A DNA stretch of 64,000 nt from an uncultured delta proteobacterium (lineage in GTDB: Bacteria > Desulfobacterota > Desulfobaccia > Desulfobaccales > 0-14-0-80-60-11). Where the stretch lies: positions 704,001 to 768,000 of the forward strand of contig CAWETI010000003.1 of assembly GCA_963812015.1 (NCBI GenBank), written 5' to 3'. The position numbers were made by a program, and so were the translations under genes. Shown here one piece after another: positions 32,464 to 44,957 of the stretch (the first letter of the stretch is position 1; each line of letters begins with the position of its first letter). The notes beneath the pieces were generated by a model that was not told the DNA's origin, ran no database searches, and worked only from the letters and a program-made list of their open reading frames with translations.

Positions 32464-32513
32464 TTGAAGATTCCTCCTTCAATTTTCTTTAATCCTTGAT
32501 TCATTACGGCGGA

Positions 32514-33548
32514 TCAAAAATTATAAAGTGCGGTCAACATGGGGGTGTATTTTTGGACCCCATTTTTCCCCGCCAGGTCAAAGGAGCACCCCAGAGCGAA
32601 GGACATTTTGTCCGTGGCCAGGAATTCAAGCGCCGGCAGGAGTCCGATGACCGTTTCTGGGGTTTGGTAACCCTGGACCGTATTGAGGTTGTTCCAGGTC
32701 CAGTTGCTGTACATTTCCAACAGGGCGACAAAGCGTTTGCTGAGCGGCAATTCCGCCGCCAGGTTGAAGGTCACGTATTCCCGGGAACGGACGTTACGGG
32801 TGGGATCAGATCCCGTCGGATACAGGTTAATCGGACTGTTTATCCAGATATTGCTATACAGCAGGAAGGGCTTCAGCCATTTATACAGGTTGACGCCGCT
32901 GGTGAAGGTTAAGGCCCCGGTGCCGACGGCATCCTGACCCAAGAACGCCGGGTTGAGGTGGGACGCATGACCCGTGGGAATACTGGCAAACCCCGCCACC
33001 CCGGACACGGCCGGCCGCCAATCGGTTTCCGGCAGGAGATTGTACTTGACGATGGCCGTGATATCTCCGATGCCGCTGTAATTGGCGGAGGTTTCGCCAT
33101 TGGGGCCGGGAACCGTCGCACTATTAACCCAGTTATGGATAAAGGGGACTATGACATACATCTCCATGTCCTTGGTGGGGCCATAGGTGAACTTGACCGG
33201 CATATAGAAGGTATGAAAATTCCCCCCAGCGTTCACCGACCGCCAGTTTTGGTTGAATACTCCCGGGTAATTGGACAAGGCCCACCAGACCTGCATGGAA
33301 TACTTGCCGGCCTCAATGGGGATACAGGTATCGCTAATCATGGGGCCGCAAGTGGTCGGAGCTTCCTCTTTTTTCTCTTCCGCGGGTGACGCCGGTTGCT
33401 CCAAAACCGGCGGACCGGCTACCTGAGCCAGTGCCGGTATAACGAGAGATAGCCAACTCCCTCCGCCTACCAGAACCAACATGGTCGTAAGGCCTACAAT
33501 CAACCCCATGACCATGAACTGTTTACTCTTCACCCCTAAAATCTCCAT
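32514..33548 (-). CDS. outer-membrane beta-barrel transporter (SphA/MetA-pathway-like), first gene of the kdp operon
   Basis: Signal peptide, SGIGDI, PTG, G.GA, terminal YNF. Confidence 0.7.
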   Translation of the reverse strand: MEILGVKSKQFMVMGLIVGLTTMLVLVGGGSWLSLVIPALAQVAGPPVLEQPASPAEEKKEEAPTTCGPMISDTCIPIEAGKYSMQVWWALSNYPGVFNQNWRSVNAGGNFHTFYMPVKFTYGPTKDMEMYVIVPFIHNWVNSATVPGPNGETSANYSGIGDITAIVKYNLLPETDWRPAVSGVAGFASIPTGHASHLNPAFLGQDAVGTGALTFTSGVNLYKWLKPFLLYSNIWINSPINLYPTGSDPTRNVRSREYVTFNLAAELPLSKRFVALLEMYSNWTWNNLNTVQGYQTPETVIGLLPALEFLATDKMSFALGCSFDLAGKNGVQKYTPMLTALYNF

Positions 33549-33612
33549 GCCACGTTCTCCTTAATGGGTTGAATGTGAGGCACATCTTTGTTTCTCCTTT
33601 TGCAGATTATGG

Positions 33613-33628
33613 AGCATAGTCCATGCCA
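33613..33628 (-). promoter_or_regulatory. putative sigma-54 (-24/-12) promoter of the porin-kdp operon
   Basis: Minus strand TGGCATGGACTATGCT = GG-N10-GC, about 65 nt upstream of the ATG. Confidence 0.6.
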
Positions 33629-33847
33629 CTCCGCGAGTATGCTAATTATTATGTAAGTTCAGTTAGTTATAATTGACAGGCCGGGAGGAAATGGTTTTGA
33701 GTATTACAAAATGCAAGGTAGGGCCACTTCTGAGGATGTTAATTGAAATGCAGGTTGCCATTCCGGCAAGTCACCGCTGCAATCGCAGGAAATAAGCCCT
33801 AAGGCTTCGACCTGTTCAAGTCGGCCTTGGAGTTGCCGAGTCGATAG

Positions 33848-34000
33848 CTGCTCTATCTGGCTCCCATATCCCAATATAAAAGTATCAATAAGAAGATCAT
33901 ATATTGACCTCTGACCCAACGTCGCCTTTCTTCTTCTACGCTATGGAGAACCCCTTGGTCGAAGCGTGATCACGCCGTAGAAGCGTGTAGGCGCTTTTTT
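33848..34000 (+). repeat. cassette-boundary repeat R12 (zeta arm)
   Basis: AAGAAGATCATATATTGACCTCTGACCC..GTCGAAGCGT..GAAGCGTGT..TTTTTT, as at 18695 and 62000. Confidence 0.75.
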
Positions 34001-34406
34001 AGAGCCATTGCGGGGGTCTATCCCTCGGCTTATCCCCCCGACAAAAATCGGTTTGAAATTCTCGGTCCTGGGTCCCATCACCCCGGGTGTGTCTTTTGCC
34101 GGGTTCTCCCCGGGAAACAAAAACGGTATTGGCGAAAATTTTGATATGGCATCCAAGGCAGGCATAACGAGTAGGGGGGAGGGAGTCCCACTCTCCGGGT
34201 TTCTGTTCTTCGACTTTCACCCTGGGCAGGAATCCCAGGCACGGGTCCCCCAGGCCAGGGGCGTAGCGGGGGGAGGCAGGGGTAGGCGGCGGCTTCATGG
34301 CCGATGCTATATCGTGAGGAAAAGCCGCTGCCCCCCATGATTTGTGGTTATGCGTTCTTTTCCGGCAGAATGCACTTTTGGTCGTTATTTGTGGTAGAAT
34401 CTTGCT

Positions 34407-34492
34407 CAGTCATGACATGAACCTCCCAGGTTGTGTTGTGGTTAGGGCCGGTACGGGGTGAGTGGGTACACCCTGGCCGGCTTGCTTATTTT
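34407..34492 (+). ncRNA. putative SymR-like antisense RNA (copy 2)
   Basis: TGGTAGAAT -10 at 34392-34400; AGTCATGACATGAACCTCC..GTGGTTAGGGCCGG..CCGGC..TTATTTT. Confidence 0.55.
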
Positions 34493-34637
34493 CTGGTTCG
34501 CTTCAAATACTCTTCGACGTCTGTCCACTGGGGTGGTATGCAGAAGTGCCGGCGGCGCGCGGGGGGGAGTAGTCAGGGTATGGGGTGATGACAGGGGAAC
34601 GCGGGGGGCGCTCCAAGGAGGCTCTGTAACTCTCAAT

Positions 34638-35675
34638 CTACCAGAGGCTCATTTGGGGTTTAGCTTTCGGCGTGGGCTCAGGTATAAGCTTTTCGGCAAT
34701 GACTTGGGCAATCAAAGGAGCGTTGCCACCGGCCCGATTATTGATGATCAAATTTACCGACACACCTTTCTCAATGGCTGTCTGGATAATTTCAACCGTC
34801 TCCAGGACCATCTCCGGGTGCAGCATACCTGCCACAAGCTTGCTAAAAGGATGCGCTTTCGCATAAGCTTCTTCGTACCGCATGTTTAAAGGCGTCATGA
34901 TCCGGATCACACATTCCTTCCCTGCATTGAAAAATCTGCCGTCAGCTTTGGCCAACTGTTTTCTCAAGGGAGGCAGCCAGGTCCAGTGAGATAAAACTTG
35001 CCCGATGCCGTGTTTTGCTAAGACTTCAAAAACTTGATCCCTTAGATAGAGTTCGGTTCTCAATTCCACATGATATCGGGGATCCGTGGGGATCTGGCTG
35101 AAAAATCTGTCCAAGGCCTGGGCCATCTCGTTCACAGGAGCCCGATCTTCCTTGCGCTGATATTCCTGTTCAAAGATGAAGCCAGAGAGGATGGGCCCAA
35201 GCAGATTGACGGCCGGTTCATAGAATTGCTTGGTGAAAATTCCAGGGTTTAGGTAGGCTTCGTTCTTGATGTGCAGATCACTTTGCCTGATCTTTTGCGC
35301 CGTAATCATCTGTGGCACTTTGAGAAGGATGGGGTCGTCCTCTTTTAAGTGCCGGGCATAACTCTGCAACACCTGATAGTTCTGGGTGGGCTGGTAATTA
35401 TGGTCCAAGAGCGGTCGGTAGAAAGTGAAATCGATTTCCAGGACTGGGAAATGTTCGAAATACTCTTCCACGCTGTCGACGGGAAGCACTTCTTCGATGA
35501 ATGGTTTTCCGCCTATGATTTTAGTGCGTTTGGTTATTCGCCCAGCATAGCGGTCCTGGGAATAAATTTGTCCGATCCAGCCGGCATACCGATCACTGGC
35601 AGTCCCGACGAAGACCTTGGGATGCATGGCGCGGAAATGGAAGGTTTTCAGATTGCATTCCTGGTCAATGGGCAT
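34638..35675 (-). CDS. DUF72 family protein
   Basis: VGTAS..YAGWIGQIY, LEIDFTFYRP, LKVPQMIT, HVELR, INNRAGGNAP. Confidence 0.85.
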   Translation of the reverse strand: MPIDQECNLKTFHFRAMHPKVFVGTASDRYAGWIGQIYSQDRYAGRITKRTKIIGGKPFIEEVLPVDSVEEYFEHFPVLEIDFTFYRPLLDHNYQPTQNYQVLQSYARHLKEDDPILLKVPQMITAQKIRQSDLHIKNEAYLNPGIFTKQFYEPAVNLLGPILSGFIFEQEYQRKEDRAPVNEMAQALDRFFSQIPTDPRYHVELRTELYLRDQVFEVLAKHGIGQVLSHWTWLPPLRKQLAKADGRFFNAGKECVIRIMTPLNMRYEEAYAKAHPFSKLVAGMLHPEMVLETVEIIQTAIEKGVSVNLIINNRAGGNAPLIAQVIAEKLIPEPTPKAKPQMSLW

Positions 35676-36024
35676 GGTTCCAGTTTAATGGAAAAAGGGA
35701 CATAGCCCAACTGCATAGTGGAGGTTAATGGAGAGGTTCCGGTATGCATATTACCATTGCTAAATGGCCCTGAAACGCCCCCAGAAGGCTTGAAGAGCAC
35801 CAACCCTTACTTCTGGCCATTAGTCGGTTGGCTTGCGTTGAAATTTGGGCCGAAAAAAGGACCGTACGTTGCTGTTTTTGACCATCGCCGCCATCGACCT
35901 GAACGCTTCCTATGAGGCTTCCTTTGTTTAGAGCCACTACCCTGCTATTAAGCATGGCCTGCATCTAATGCCTTAAAGCGGGCCAGCCTTAAGTCTGGAA
36001 CCCTGACCGTATCCCTCGTTGCGA

Positions 36025-37872
36025 GTCGAGTAGCGCAGGGGAATCTCACCCCCACGCCCTCACAGATCCGGACGTGAACCTCTCAGCTCATCCGGCTCCT
36101 CTTATCCAGCCGCCGGCCGCACTCCCAGTCGCCAGTGAGCGAATAAATTCGACTCACGCCGGGCAATGCGTCCTAACCAATGGGTTGACTGACGCTGATG
36201 GCCACGCAGCTTCTTAAACTTACGCATGGCCCAACGGGTCAGAGCGCGATTCAGTTGGCGCAAAATCGGGTAAAGTGCAGACTTGTAGTAGCTGCCATAG
36301 TAGTTAATCTAGCCCCGAAGGACTGGATTGAACATCCGGGACAAGTCGTCGAGAGCCTTATCGCTCCTCAGGTGGAGTCGCCAACTACGCATGGTGCGGC
36401 GCATCGTCTTTGCGGCTTTATCGCTCACTGCCGGGCTGAAGCTGATGAAGAACTTGCCCCAGCGATTCTTCGATCTCCGGGGACGAAACGTGAATCCCAG
36501 AAAATCAAACTTCTCGTTGAGGTAGTGGCCTCTCCGATCATCATCCTTGCAATAGACTATCTTGGTCTTTTCAGGATGAAGCTCCAGTTTGCATTGAGCC
36601 AGCCTTCCGGCAATCGCCTTCCTCAATGCCCCAGCTTCCGATTCTGTCTGGCAGTGGACCACCACATCATCGGCATATCTCGCAAAAGGATTCTGTGGAT
36701 AAGTCTTCCGCATCCATTCATCAAAAGCATAGCGCAGGAACAGGTTGGCGAGCAGAGGGCTGATCACCCCGCCTTGCGGCGTGCCCTTCTGCCGGAGCAC
36801 TAAAGTCCCTTCAGCAAGTTGGGCTGGGGCGGTAAGCCACCTTTCGATGTAGAGCAGCATCCATGAACAGTCGGTGTGCTTACGCACCGCCCGCATGAGA
36901 AGGTCATGGTCCAGGTTGTCAAAGAATCCCTTGATATCCAAATCGATCACCCAGTCGTAGCGCCAGCACCTTTTCCGGGTTACTCCAACGGCTTCAATCG
37001 CCGACTTCCCATGTCGATATCCATAGGAGTCTGGATGAAAGCATGGCTCCACCAACGGTTCCAGGTAAATCTTGACTACCATCTGGGCAATCCGATCTAA
37101 TACCGTCGGGATTCCCAAACTTCTCTGGCCGCCACCGGCCTTGGGTATGGTTACCGTACGCACTGGTGGCGGGAAATAGCTCCCCGAGGACATGAGATTC
37201 CAGACCTTGTAAAGGTTGTTCTTCAACCCCTTCTCAAAATCTGCAATCGACTCCGTGTCTACTCCGGCCGCTCCCTGGTTTGCTTTTACCCTTTGAAACG
37301 CCTTCCAGACCACCCATTTTGAAATCTCAAACGGCTTTGCTTTATTCACCGGTTCCTCCCATTTCTGGTTGACCAAGCCATAAAGCTGAATGAGACAACC
37401 CCTTCACTCCATCCCCATTACGGGACTTCTTCGCTACTACGGGTTGTTCCGCCCCTGTGCCCCGCCTCGGTACTCTCACTCTCATGGGTCCTCCACTTGA
37501 GTTTCTCCCTTCACATCGGAGCGACAGGTTCCCACGTTCCACGCAAGAGCCTGAGTCAAGATCATGCCACCTTCATGCCGGACACCACCCAAGCAATAAG
37601 CAGGCTCCCCTTGGGCTTATACTGGGACCACCATACCCCCCAGTTTTGACGTCGTCCTTATGATTTCGACACGTCATCAGTGGTTCGCTTGCGCTCATCT
37701 TCTTGACCCATACCTGACGCAGTTGCTCTGCGCCTTTTCCTTAACGCTCACCACCCTGACTCTTAACCAGCGCAGCTTAAGGCGGTTTGGAACCTGTCCC
37801 TGCAGACCGATTCCGAGGGGCCTACCCTCATCTCTTGCGCAACACCGCACTCAGCGTGCGTTCGTGGCGCAC
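36025..37872 (-). mobile_element. group II intron (RmInt1-like, class D-type), 1848 nt, inserted in repeat R3
   Basis: 5' GTGCG at 37872 and 3' ..CTACTCGAC at 36025. Domain V GAGCCGGATGAGCTGAGAGGTTCACGTCCGGATC. Removing the intron restores the sequence of R2. Confidence 0.95.
36102..37376 (-). pseudogene. ltrA: group II intron RT/maturase with premature TAG (36309-36311) in domain X
   Basis: GAAGVD, LGIPTV.DR, GTPQGG, RYADD. LRG-TAG-INYYG replaces conserved RGWINYY; the frame continues to TAA at 36102-36104. No endonuclease domain. Confidence 0.88.
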
Positions 37873-38074
37873 TATGGCGATCATATCTTCATCTCTCTGG
37901 AATTTTTGAGAAGCTTTGCTAGTGGCAAGCTAGTGGCCTCTTCCTAAATACTTCTTAGAGAATGCCCTTTGGAAAAAATTATGTGCAAATTTACAGAGTA
38001 TATGGAGAATCTTAATCTTAAGAAAAGCTTTAAGAATAATTACCCTATATATTGAACTGTAAAGGAGAAACACC

Positions 38075-38608
38075 ATGAACCGGTCTATTGGGAAAGTGGC
38101 GATGGTTCTGCTGGTGGTTGCTGTTCTTTCGGGTGGGATGCTGTCCGGAGCTTCGGGTGTCTGGGCCAAGGAGAAGCCCGGCACTTTGGCGAAGCAGGTC
38201 CAGGGAAGCTGGACCCTGGTCTCCATATACGTCGAGCAGGACGGCAAGAAGATCGAGCCCTTCGGTTCACAACCGAGGGGTTTGATAACCCTGACTCCAG
38301 ACGGCCGTTTCTCGTATATCATGTTGAAGGCAAGCCTTCCGAAGATTGCTGCCGACAACCGCCTGAAGGGTACCGCCGAGGAGAATCAGGCTATTGTCCA
38401 GGGATCTTTAGCCGCCTACGGCACTTATAAGGTGGTGAATGAAAAAGAACATGCCGTGCAGGTGCACATAGAGGGGAGCACCTTCCCCAACTGGGATGGT
38501 CAAGATCAGAAACGGACTTGGACCGTCAAAGGAGACGAGCTGACTATCACCAACCCTTATGCGTCAGTGGGTGGGATTGCCTACCTCGTCTGGAAACGGG
38601 CCAAGTAG
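38075..38608 (+). CDS. exported lipocalin-like domain protein
   Basis: Signal peptide, GSWTLVS, FG..PRG..DG, AYGTY, STFPNW.G..QKR, VWKR. Confidence 0.85.
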   Translation: MNRSIGKVAMVLLVVAVLSGGMLSGASGVWAKEKPGTLAKQVQGSWTLVSIYVEQDGKKIEPFGSQPRGLITLTPDGRFSYIMLKASLPKIAADNRLKGTAEENQAIVQGSLAAYGTYKVVNEKEHAVQVHIEGSTFPNWDGQDQKRTWTVKGDELTITNPYASVGGIAYLVWKRAK

Positions 38609-38621
38609 TCGGGGCGCGAGT

Positions 38622-38660
38622 CAAAGGGGGTTGAGGAACAACCTTTACTCACCCCCTTTG
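38622..38660 (+). terminator. hairpin after the lipocalin gene
   Basis: CAAAGGGGG..CCCCCTTTG inverted repeat. Confidence 0.55.
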
Positions 38661-38670
38661 GTGTCAGTTA

Positions 38671-38783
38671 CTGCTATTTATGTGCCCATCAAGGAGACTT
38701 AGAAGGTTTTCGCTATACAGATCATATCTTCAACTATTAAGCATTTCGGAGAATGGGCTGATAGTGGCAAGTTATGCGGCACC
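38671..38783 (+). repeat. cassette-boundary repeat R4
   Basis: CTGCTAT.., GCTATACAGATCATATCTTCA, ..TAGTGGCAAGTTATGCGGCACC (right arm as in R2). Confidence 0.8.
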
Positions 38784-39024
38784 AATTCCATCGCTCAAAG
38801 CCGGATAAGACGAGCAGTTCATGCCTCATTCTGGGAAGGCGCAGGGGGTCATCCTCGCACCTAAGATGAAACCAAAATCCCAAGGCGCGGTGCACCATAA
38901 TTTATCGATTACAGCTTGACTAAGCAAAGACAATAATTACTTTTCGGGAGAACCACTTTAAACCACAAAGCGGAGAGCACTATATCCATAGCAGCACAGC
39001 GCATAAGATCAGATAACGAAATGA

Positions 39025-41244
<2,220 letters not shown>

Positions 41245-41363
41245 CCGTAGCATAAACGTCTTCGAGGGCTTCTGAAGCGTATGCTGAACTGCAATTCGGA
41301 TGAGCAGAAGGCTATAACCGCCGCGAGCTGACGGATGTTTTGAACGATCAACAGAGGCTATAG

Positions 41364-41861
41364 CAACATCACAACACGCACCTCCACCGGCTGGGGTCCA
41401 ATTATCACCTGATTCCGGTAAACGCGCCCAAATTCGCCCCGGGGACGAATTACCAACGGGATGGCTCTATACGAGTGGATGACAACGGCGAGGACGGCCC
41501 CAACTACTGGCCCAACAGCTTCGGCGGGCCGGCCCCGGACCCCGTCAAGGGGGAGCCGTCCTTTAAGGTGTCGGGTCTGGCGGGGCGCCACCCCTTCAAA
41601 TTCCCCAATGACGACTTCGTGCAGGCGGGCAACCTTTACCGGAAGGTCATGACAGACCAGGACCGGGCCAACCTCATCGGCAACATCGTGGCCCATCTGG
41701 GGAACGCCTTGCAGGGGATCCAGTTCCGCCAGGCGGCCATCTTCTTCAAGGCAGACAAAGATTATGGCAGTCGCGTAGCTCAGGGCCTGGGGCTCGACGT
41801 CAAGGAAGCGGAACGCCTGGCCGGCATGACCCAGGAAGAGCGGGCAAAAGCTACAGACTAA
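41364..41861 (+). pseudogene. 3' remnant of a monofunctional heme catalase
   Basis: THLHRLGSNYHLIPVNAPK..NYQRDG..PNYWPNSFGGP..DDFVQAGNLYR; the 5' two-thirds are absent. Confidence 0.85.
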
Positions 41862-41903
41862 CACTTAGTGCCTTGAATCGATAAGGACGGGGAGAAAAGT
41901 GAC

Positions 41904-42080
41904 ATGAACCCATAGGAAGCACAAGCACACTGGCGTTGCAGCAACTGCAGCTTTACCCTCCAGGCGGCCAAACCGTCGGACATCTGCCCGATGTGTTGCG
42001 GTCAATGTGAGTTTAAGGATGTGAGCTGTTACCTGCCAGAGTGCGGAGGCACTGGCCAGGTTGATCCGCGTTTGAAGTAA
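41904..42080 (+). pseudogene. small rubredoxin-like Cys-rich protein with in-frame TAG at codon 4
   Basis: Own translation MNP*EAQAHWRCSNCSFTLQAAKPSDICPMCCGQCEFKDVSCYLPECGGTGQVDPRLK; GGAG RBS. Confidence 0.65.
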
Positions 42081-42252
42081 GCAGTCCGGTCTCTTGTCGC
42101 CCTTAACCTTTCAGAGGGGCCTCCCAAGAGAGGGGGCCCCTTCTTCCCTTGGAGCTTGAAGAAGTTGCCAGCCGGTTTATTATATAAACGGCAATAACCT
42201 CCTGATGGATACCGGCAAAATCAAGATGCATAAAATGAGGAGAGATTAGGCG

Positions 42253-42690
42253 ATGCAACTTCCTGAATACGTCACGGTCCAAGAAGTTCAGAGAGTTTGC
42301 CAGGAACTGGGCCTGCGTGACTGGTCCCAAATGACGGAGCCCAAAGTCAGCCCGGAAGAAGCCCGGATAATCCTTGCAGAAGTGAATACCCAGGGCATGG
42401 ATATTCCCCTGGAAGACTTTTGTGCCGGGCTGGAAGTGGAATTGGAGCATGGCACCCAGTTCAAAGATGCCAACGTGACCAACAACCACCCGATTCTCAC
42501 GGGGAAAATCGTCCTGGCGCACCTCAAGGAGTCCATGGACTATCACAAGCGGCTGGAGGTGGCCGAAATCGAGGGCGATATCCTCAAGGCCCTGGTGGCC
42601 AAAAACCTGGCCAAAGTGGAAGCTCTCCACAAAAAGCTGGCTCAGGCGAAATTGGCCCTTCACCAAGCGGAATCAAGACAATTAGGGTAG
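42253..42690 (+). CDS. DUF5661-like protein
   Basis: GLEVELEHG..NVTNNHPILTGKIVLAHLKE..DY..RL. Confidence 0.75.
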   Translation: MQLPEYVTVQEVQRVCQELGLRDWSQMTEPKVSPEEARIILAEVNTQGMDIPLEDFCAGLEVELEHGTQFKDANVTNNHPILTGKIVLAHLKESMDYHKRLEVAEIEGDILKALVAKNLAKVEALHKKLAQAKLALHQAESRQLG

Positions 42691-42736
42691 TCCATCTCTT
42701 TTTTCTTCTTTAATAATTCCGGGAGGAGAACTGTTC

Positions 42737-43372
42737 GTGAGGTGTATGAGACTCTACAAGATAGCCCTCAGCCTCCTGTTGCTCTCCGCCTTTTTTCTGG
42801 GATCGAGGACCGCCATGGCTTTAGAAGAAGCCAAATACAAGGTGCTTGAACGTGCAGAGGATTTTGAGCTCAGGCAATATGAACCCCGAATCGAGGCAGA
42901 GACTTTGGTGGAGGGTGACTTCAAAGACGTGGGCAACGAAGGTTTCCGGCGTTTATATGACTATATCTCCGGGAAGAACCGCAAGCAGCAAACCATCCCC
43001 ATGACGGCTCCAGTGTCCCAGGAGGCCTCTTCTGAAAAGATCCCCATGACCGCACCTGTCAATCAGGCACAAGTGGGAGGAAAATGGCGGATCACCTTCC
43101 TGATGCCTTCTCAATATTCGATGGAAACTCTCCCGCAACCCTTGGACCCGAGAGTGCAGTTGACCAAGGTTCCGGGACTGCTCATGGCTGCCCTCAGTTA
43201 CTCCGGCACCTGGAGCAGGGGGCGCTATGAGGGAAAGGAGAACCGGCTGAAGGAACTCATTCGACAAAAGGGCCTCAAAATGGTGGGTGACCCGGTTTTT
43301 GCCAGGTACAATCCACCTTTTATGCCCTGGTTTTTGCGCCGCAACGAGGTGCTGATCCCAGTAGCGCGTTAG
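42737..43372 (+). CDS. SOUL heme-binding protein
   Basis: EEAKYKV, FELRQY, GFRRL.DYISG.N, IPMTAPV, ARYNPP..PWFLRRNEV. Confidence 0.92.
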   Translation: MRCMRLYKIALSLLLLSAFFLGSRTAMALEEAKYKVLERAEDFELRQYEPRIEAETLVEGDFKDVGNEGFRRLYDYISGKNRKQQTIPMTAPVSQEASSEKIPMTAPVNQAQVGGKWRITFLMPSQYSMETLPQPLDPRVQLTKVPGLLMAALSYSGTWSRGRYEGKENRLKELIRQKGLKMVGDPVFARYNPPFMPWFLRRNEVLIPVAR

Positions 43373-43415
43373 GACAGGATATGGTTGCTCTGAAGGGTTT
43401 TCACAGGGGTATCTG

Positions 43416-44939
43416 ATGACGACCAAACCTGTGCTGGTCACCGGATCAACGGGATATGTGGGGGGTAGGCTGGCACCCAAATTATTGGACTTGGGCTACC
43501 GGGTGCGGGCCCTGGGCAGATCAATCGCTAAGTTGCAGGCCCGGCCCTGGGCCAGACACCCCCTGGTGGAGTTGGCCCGAGGCGATGTCCTGGACTACGA
43601 ATCCTTGTTGGCAGCGGCGCAGGGCTGCCGGGCGGCCTTTTATCTAGTCCATTCCATGGTGGCCGACCCCAAGGGGTTTACCGAGACCGACCGCACGGCG
43701 GCCCAAAATATGGCACGCGCCGCGGCCGCGGCCGGATTGGAACATGTCATCTATTTGGGCGGACTGGGTAGCACCGAGGACCCCCACCTGAGCCAGCATC
43801 TCCGCTCCCGCCATGAGGTGGCGGAGATCCTGCAATCAGGCCCAGTGCCGGTCACCTTCCTCCGGGCGGCGATGATCCTGGGGTCGGGAAGTGCTTCTTT
43901 TGAGATACTGCGCTATCTGGTGGACCGCCTACCGGTCATGATAACCCCCCGCTGGGTGCACAACCCGGTGCAACCCATTGCCATCCGCAATGTCCTCAAT
44001 TATCTGCAAGGCTGCCTGGAACATGAAGAAACCTGGGGGGAAACCTTCGACATCGGCGGCCCGGAGGTGTTGACCTACCGGCAATTATTCGACATTTATG
44101 CCGAAGAAGCCCATATTCGACGACGTCTCATCATCCCGGTGCCGGTCCTGACGCCCACCTTGAGCTCTTACTGGATCCATCTGGTCACCCCGGTCCCGGC
44201 GAGCATCGCCAGGCCCCTGGCCGAGGGGCTGAGCAACCCGGTAGTCTGCAAGGACAATCGCATCCGGGCCATCATTCCCCAAGAGCTTTTGGATTGCCGC
44301 CAAACCATCCGGCTGGCGCTGGAGCGGGTGAAGCAGCAGCGAATCGACACCTGTTGGATGGATGCCGGCGGCGCCGTTACTCCGGAATGGACCTACTGTG
44401 GAGACACCAGTTATGCCGGCGGCACCGTTTTAGAGTGCGGCTACTCTGTCCAGGTCCAGGCGACTCCCGAAGAAGTCTGGCAGCCCATCATCAGGATGGG
44501 AGGAGAGACCGGCTATTATTTCGGCAACTCTTTGTGGCGGCTGCGGGGCTGGATAGATCGACTCCGGGGGGGGATCGGGTTTCGAGGCGGCCGACGCCAT
44601 CCCCTGGAACTCCAGGCGGGAGATGCCCTGGATTTTTGGCGGGTTCTGGATATCGAGCCCCCCCATCGCCTCCTGTTGTTGGCCGAAATGAAACTGCCGG
44701 GGGAGGCCGTCCTGGAGTTTCACCTTACCCCCCAAGGAGATGGCAAGGTGGAACTTAAACAAACCGCAAGATTTTTGCCCCGGGGCCTGGCGGGCATCGT
44801 TTATTGGTACAGTCTGCTTCCCTTCCACCACTGGATTTATCGGGGCATGTTGGCAGCCATGGCCGCGGTGGCGGGAAAACCAGTGGTGAAAGGGCCGGAA
44901 CCGTATGGCCGCGGCACCCGCAAGTCGGCCAGGAAATAA
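43416..44939 (+). CDS. atypical SDR (NAD-binding) plus DUF2867, YbjT-like
   Basis: VTGSTGYVGGRL, YLVHSM, SHLRSR-like, GSGSASFE, DFWRV, AEMKLPG, PRGLAG..YWY. Confidence 0.9.
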   Translation: MTTKPVLVTGSTGYVGGRLAPKLLDLGYRVRALGRSIAKLQARPWARHPLVELARGDVLDYESLLAAAQGCRAAFYLVHSMVADPKGFTETDRTAAQNMARAAAAAGLEHVIYLGGLGSTEDPHLSQHLRSRHEVAEILQSGPVPVTFLRAAMILGSGSASFEILRYLVDRLPVMITPRWVHNPVQPIAIRNVLNYLQGCLEHEETWGETFDIGGPEVLTYRQLFDIYAEEAHIRRRLIIPVPVLTPTLSSYWIHLVTPVPASIARPLAEGLSNPVVCKDNRIRAIIPQELLDCRQTIRLALERVKQQRIDTCWMDAGGAVTPEWTYCGDTSYAGGTVLECGYSVQVQATPEEVWQPIIRMGGETGYYFGNSLWRLRGWIDRLRGGIGFRGGRRHPLELQAGDALDFWRVLDIEPPHRLLLLAEMKLPGEAVLEFHLTPQGDGKVELKQTARFLPRGLAGIVYWYSLLPFHHWIYRGMLAAMAAVAGKPVVKGPEPYGRGTRKSARK

Positions 44940-44957
44940 CCATTATCCACTGTCGCC

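Noticed and set aside
36102..37376. RT as a retron, DGR or defence RT
   Set aside because: It is enclosed by canonical group II intron ends and domain V, with a RmInt1-like sequence.
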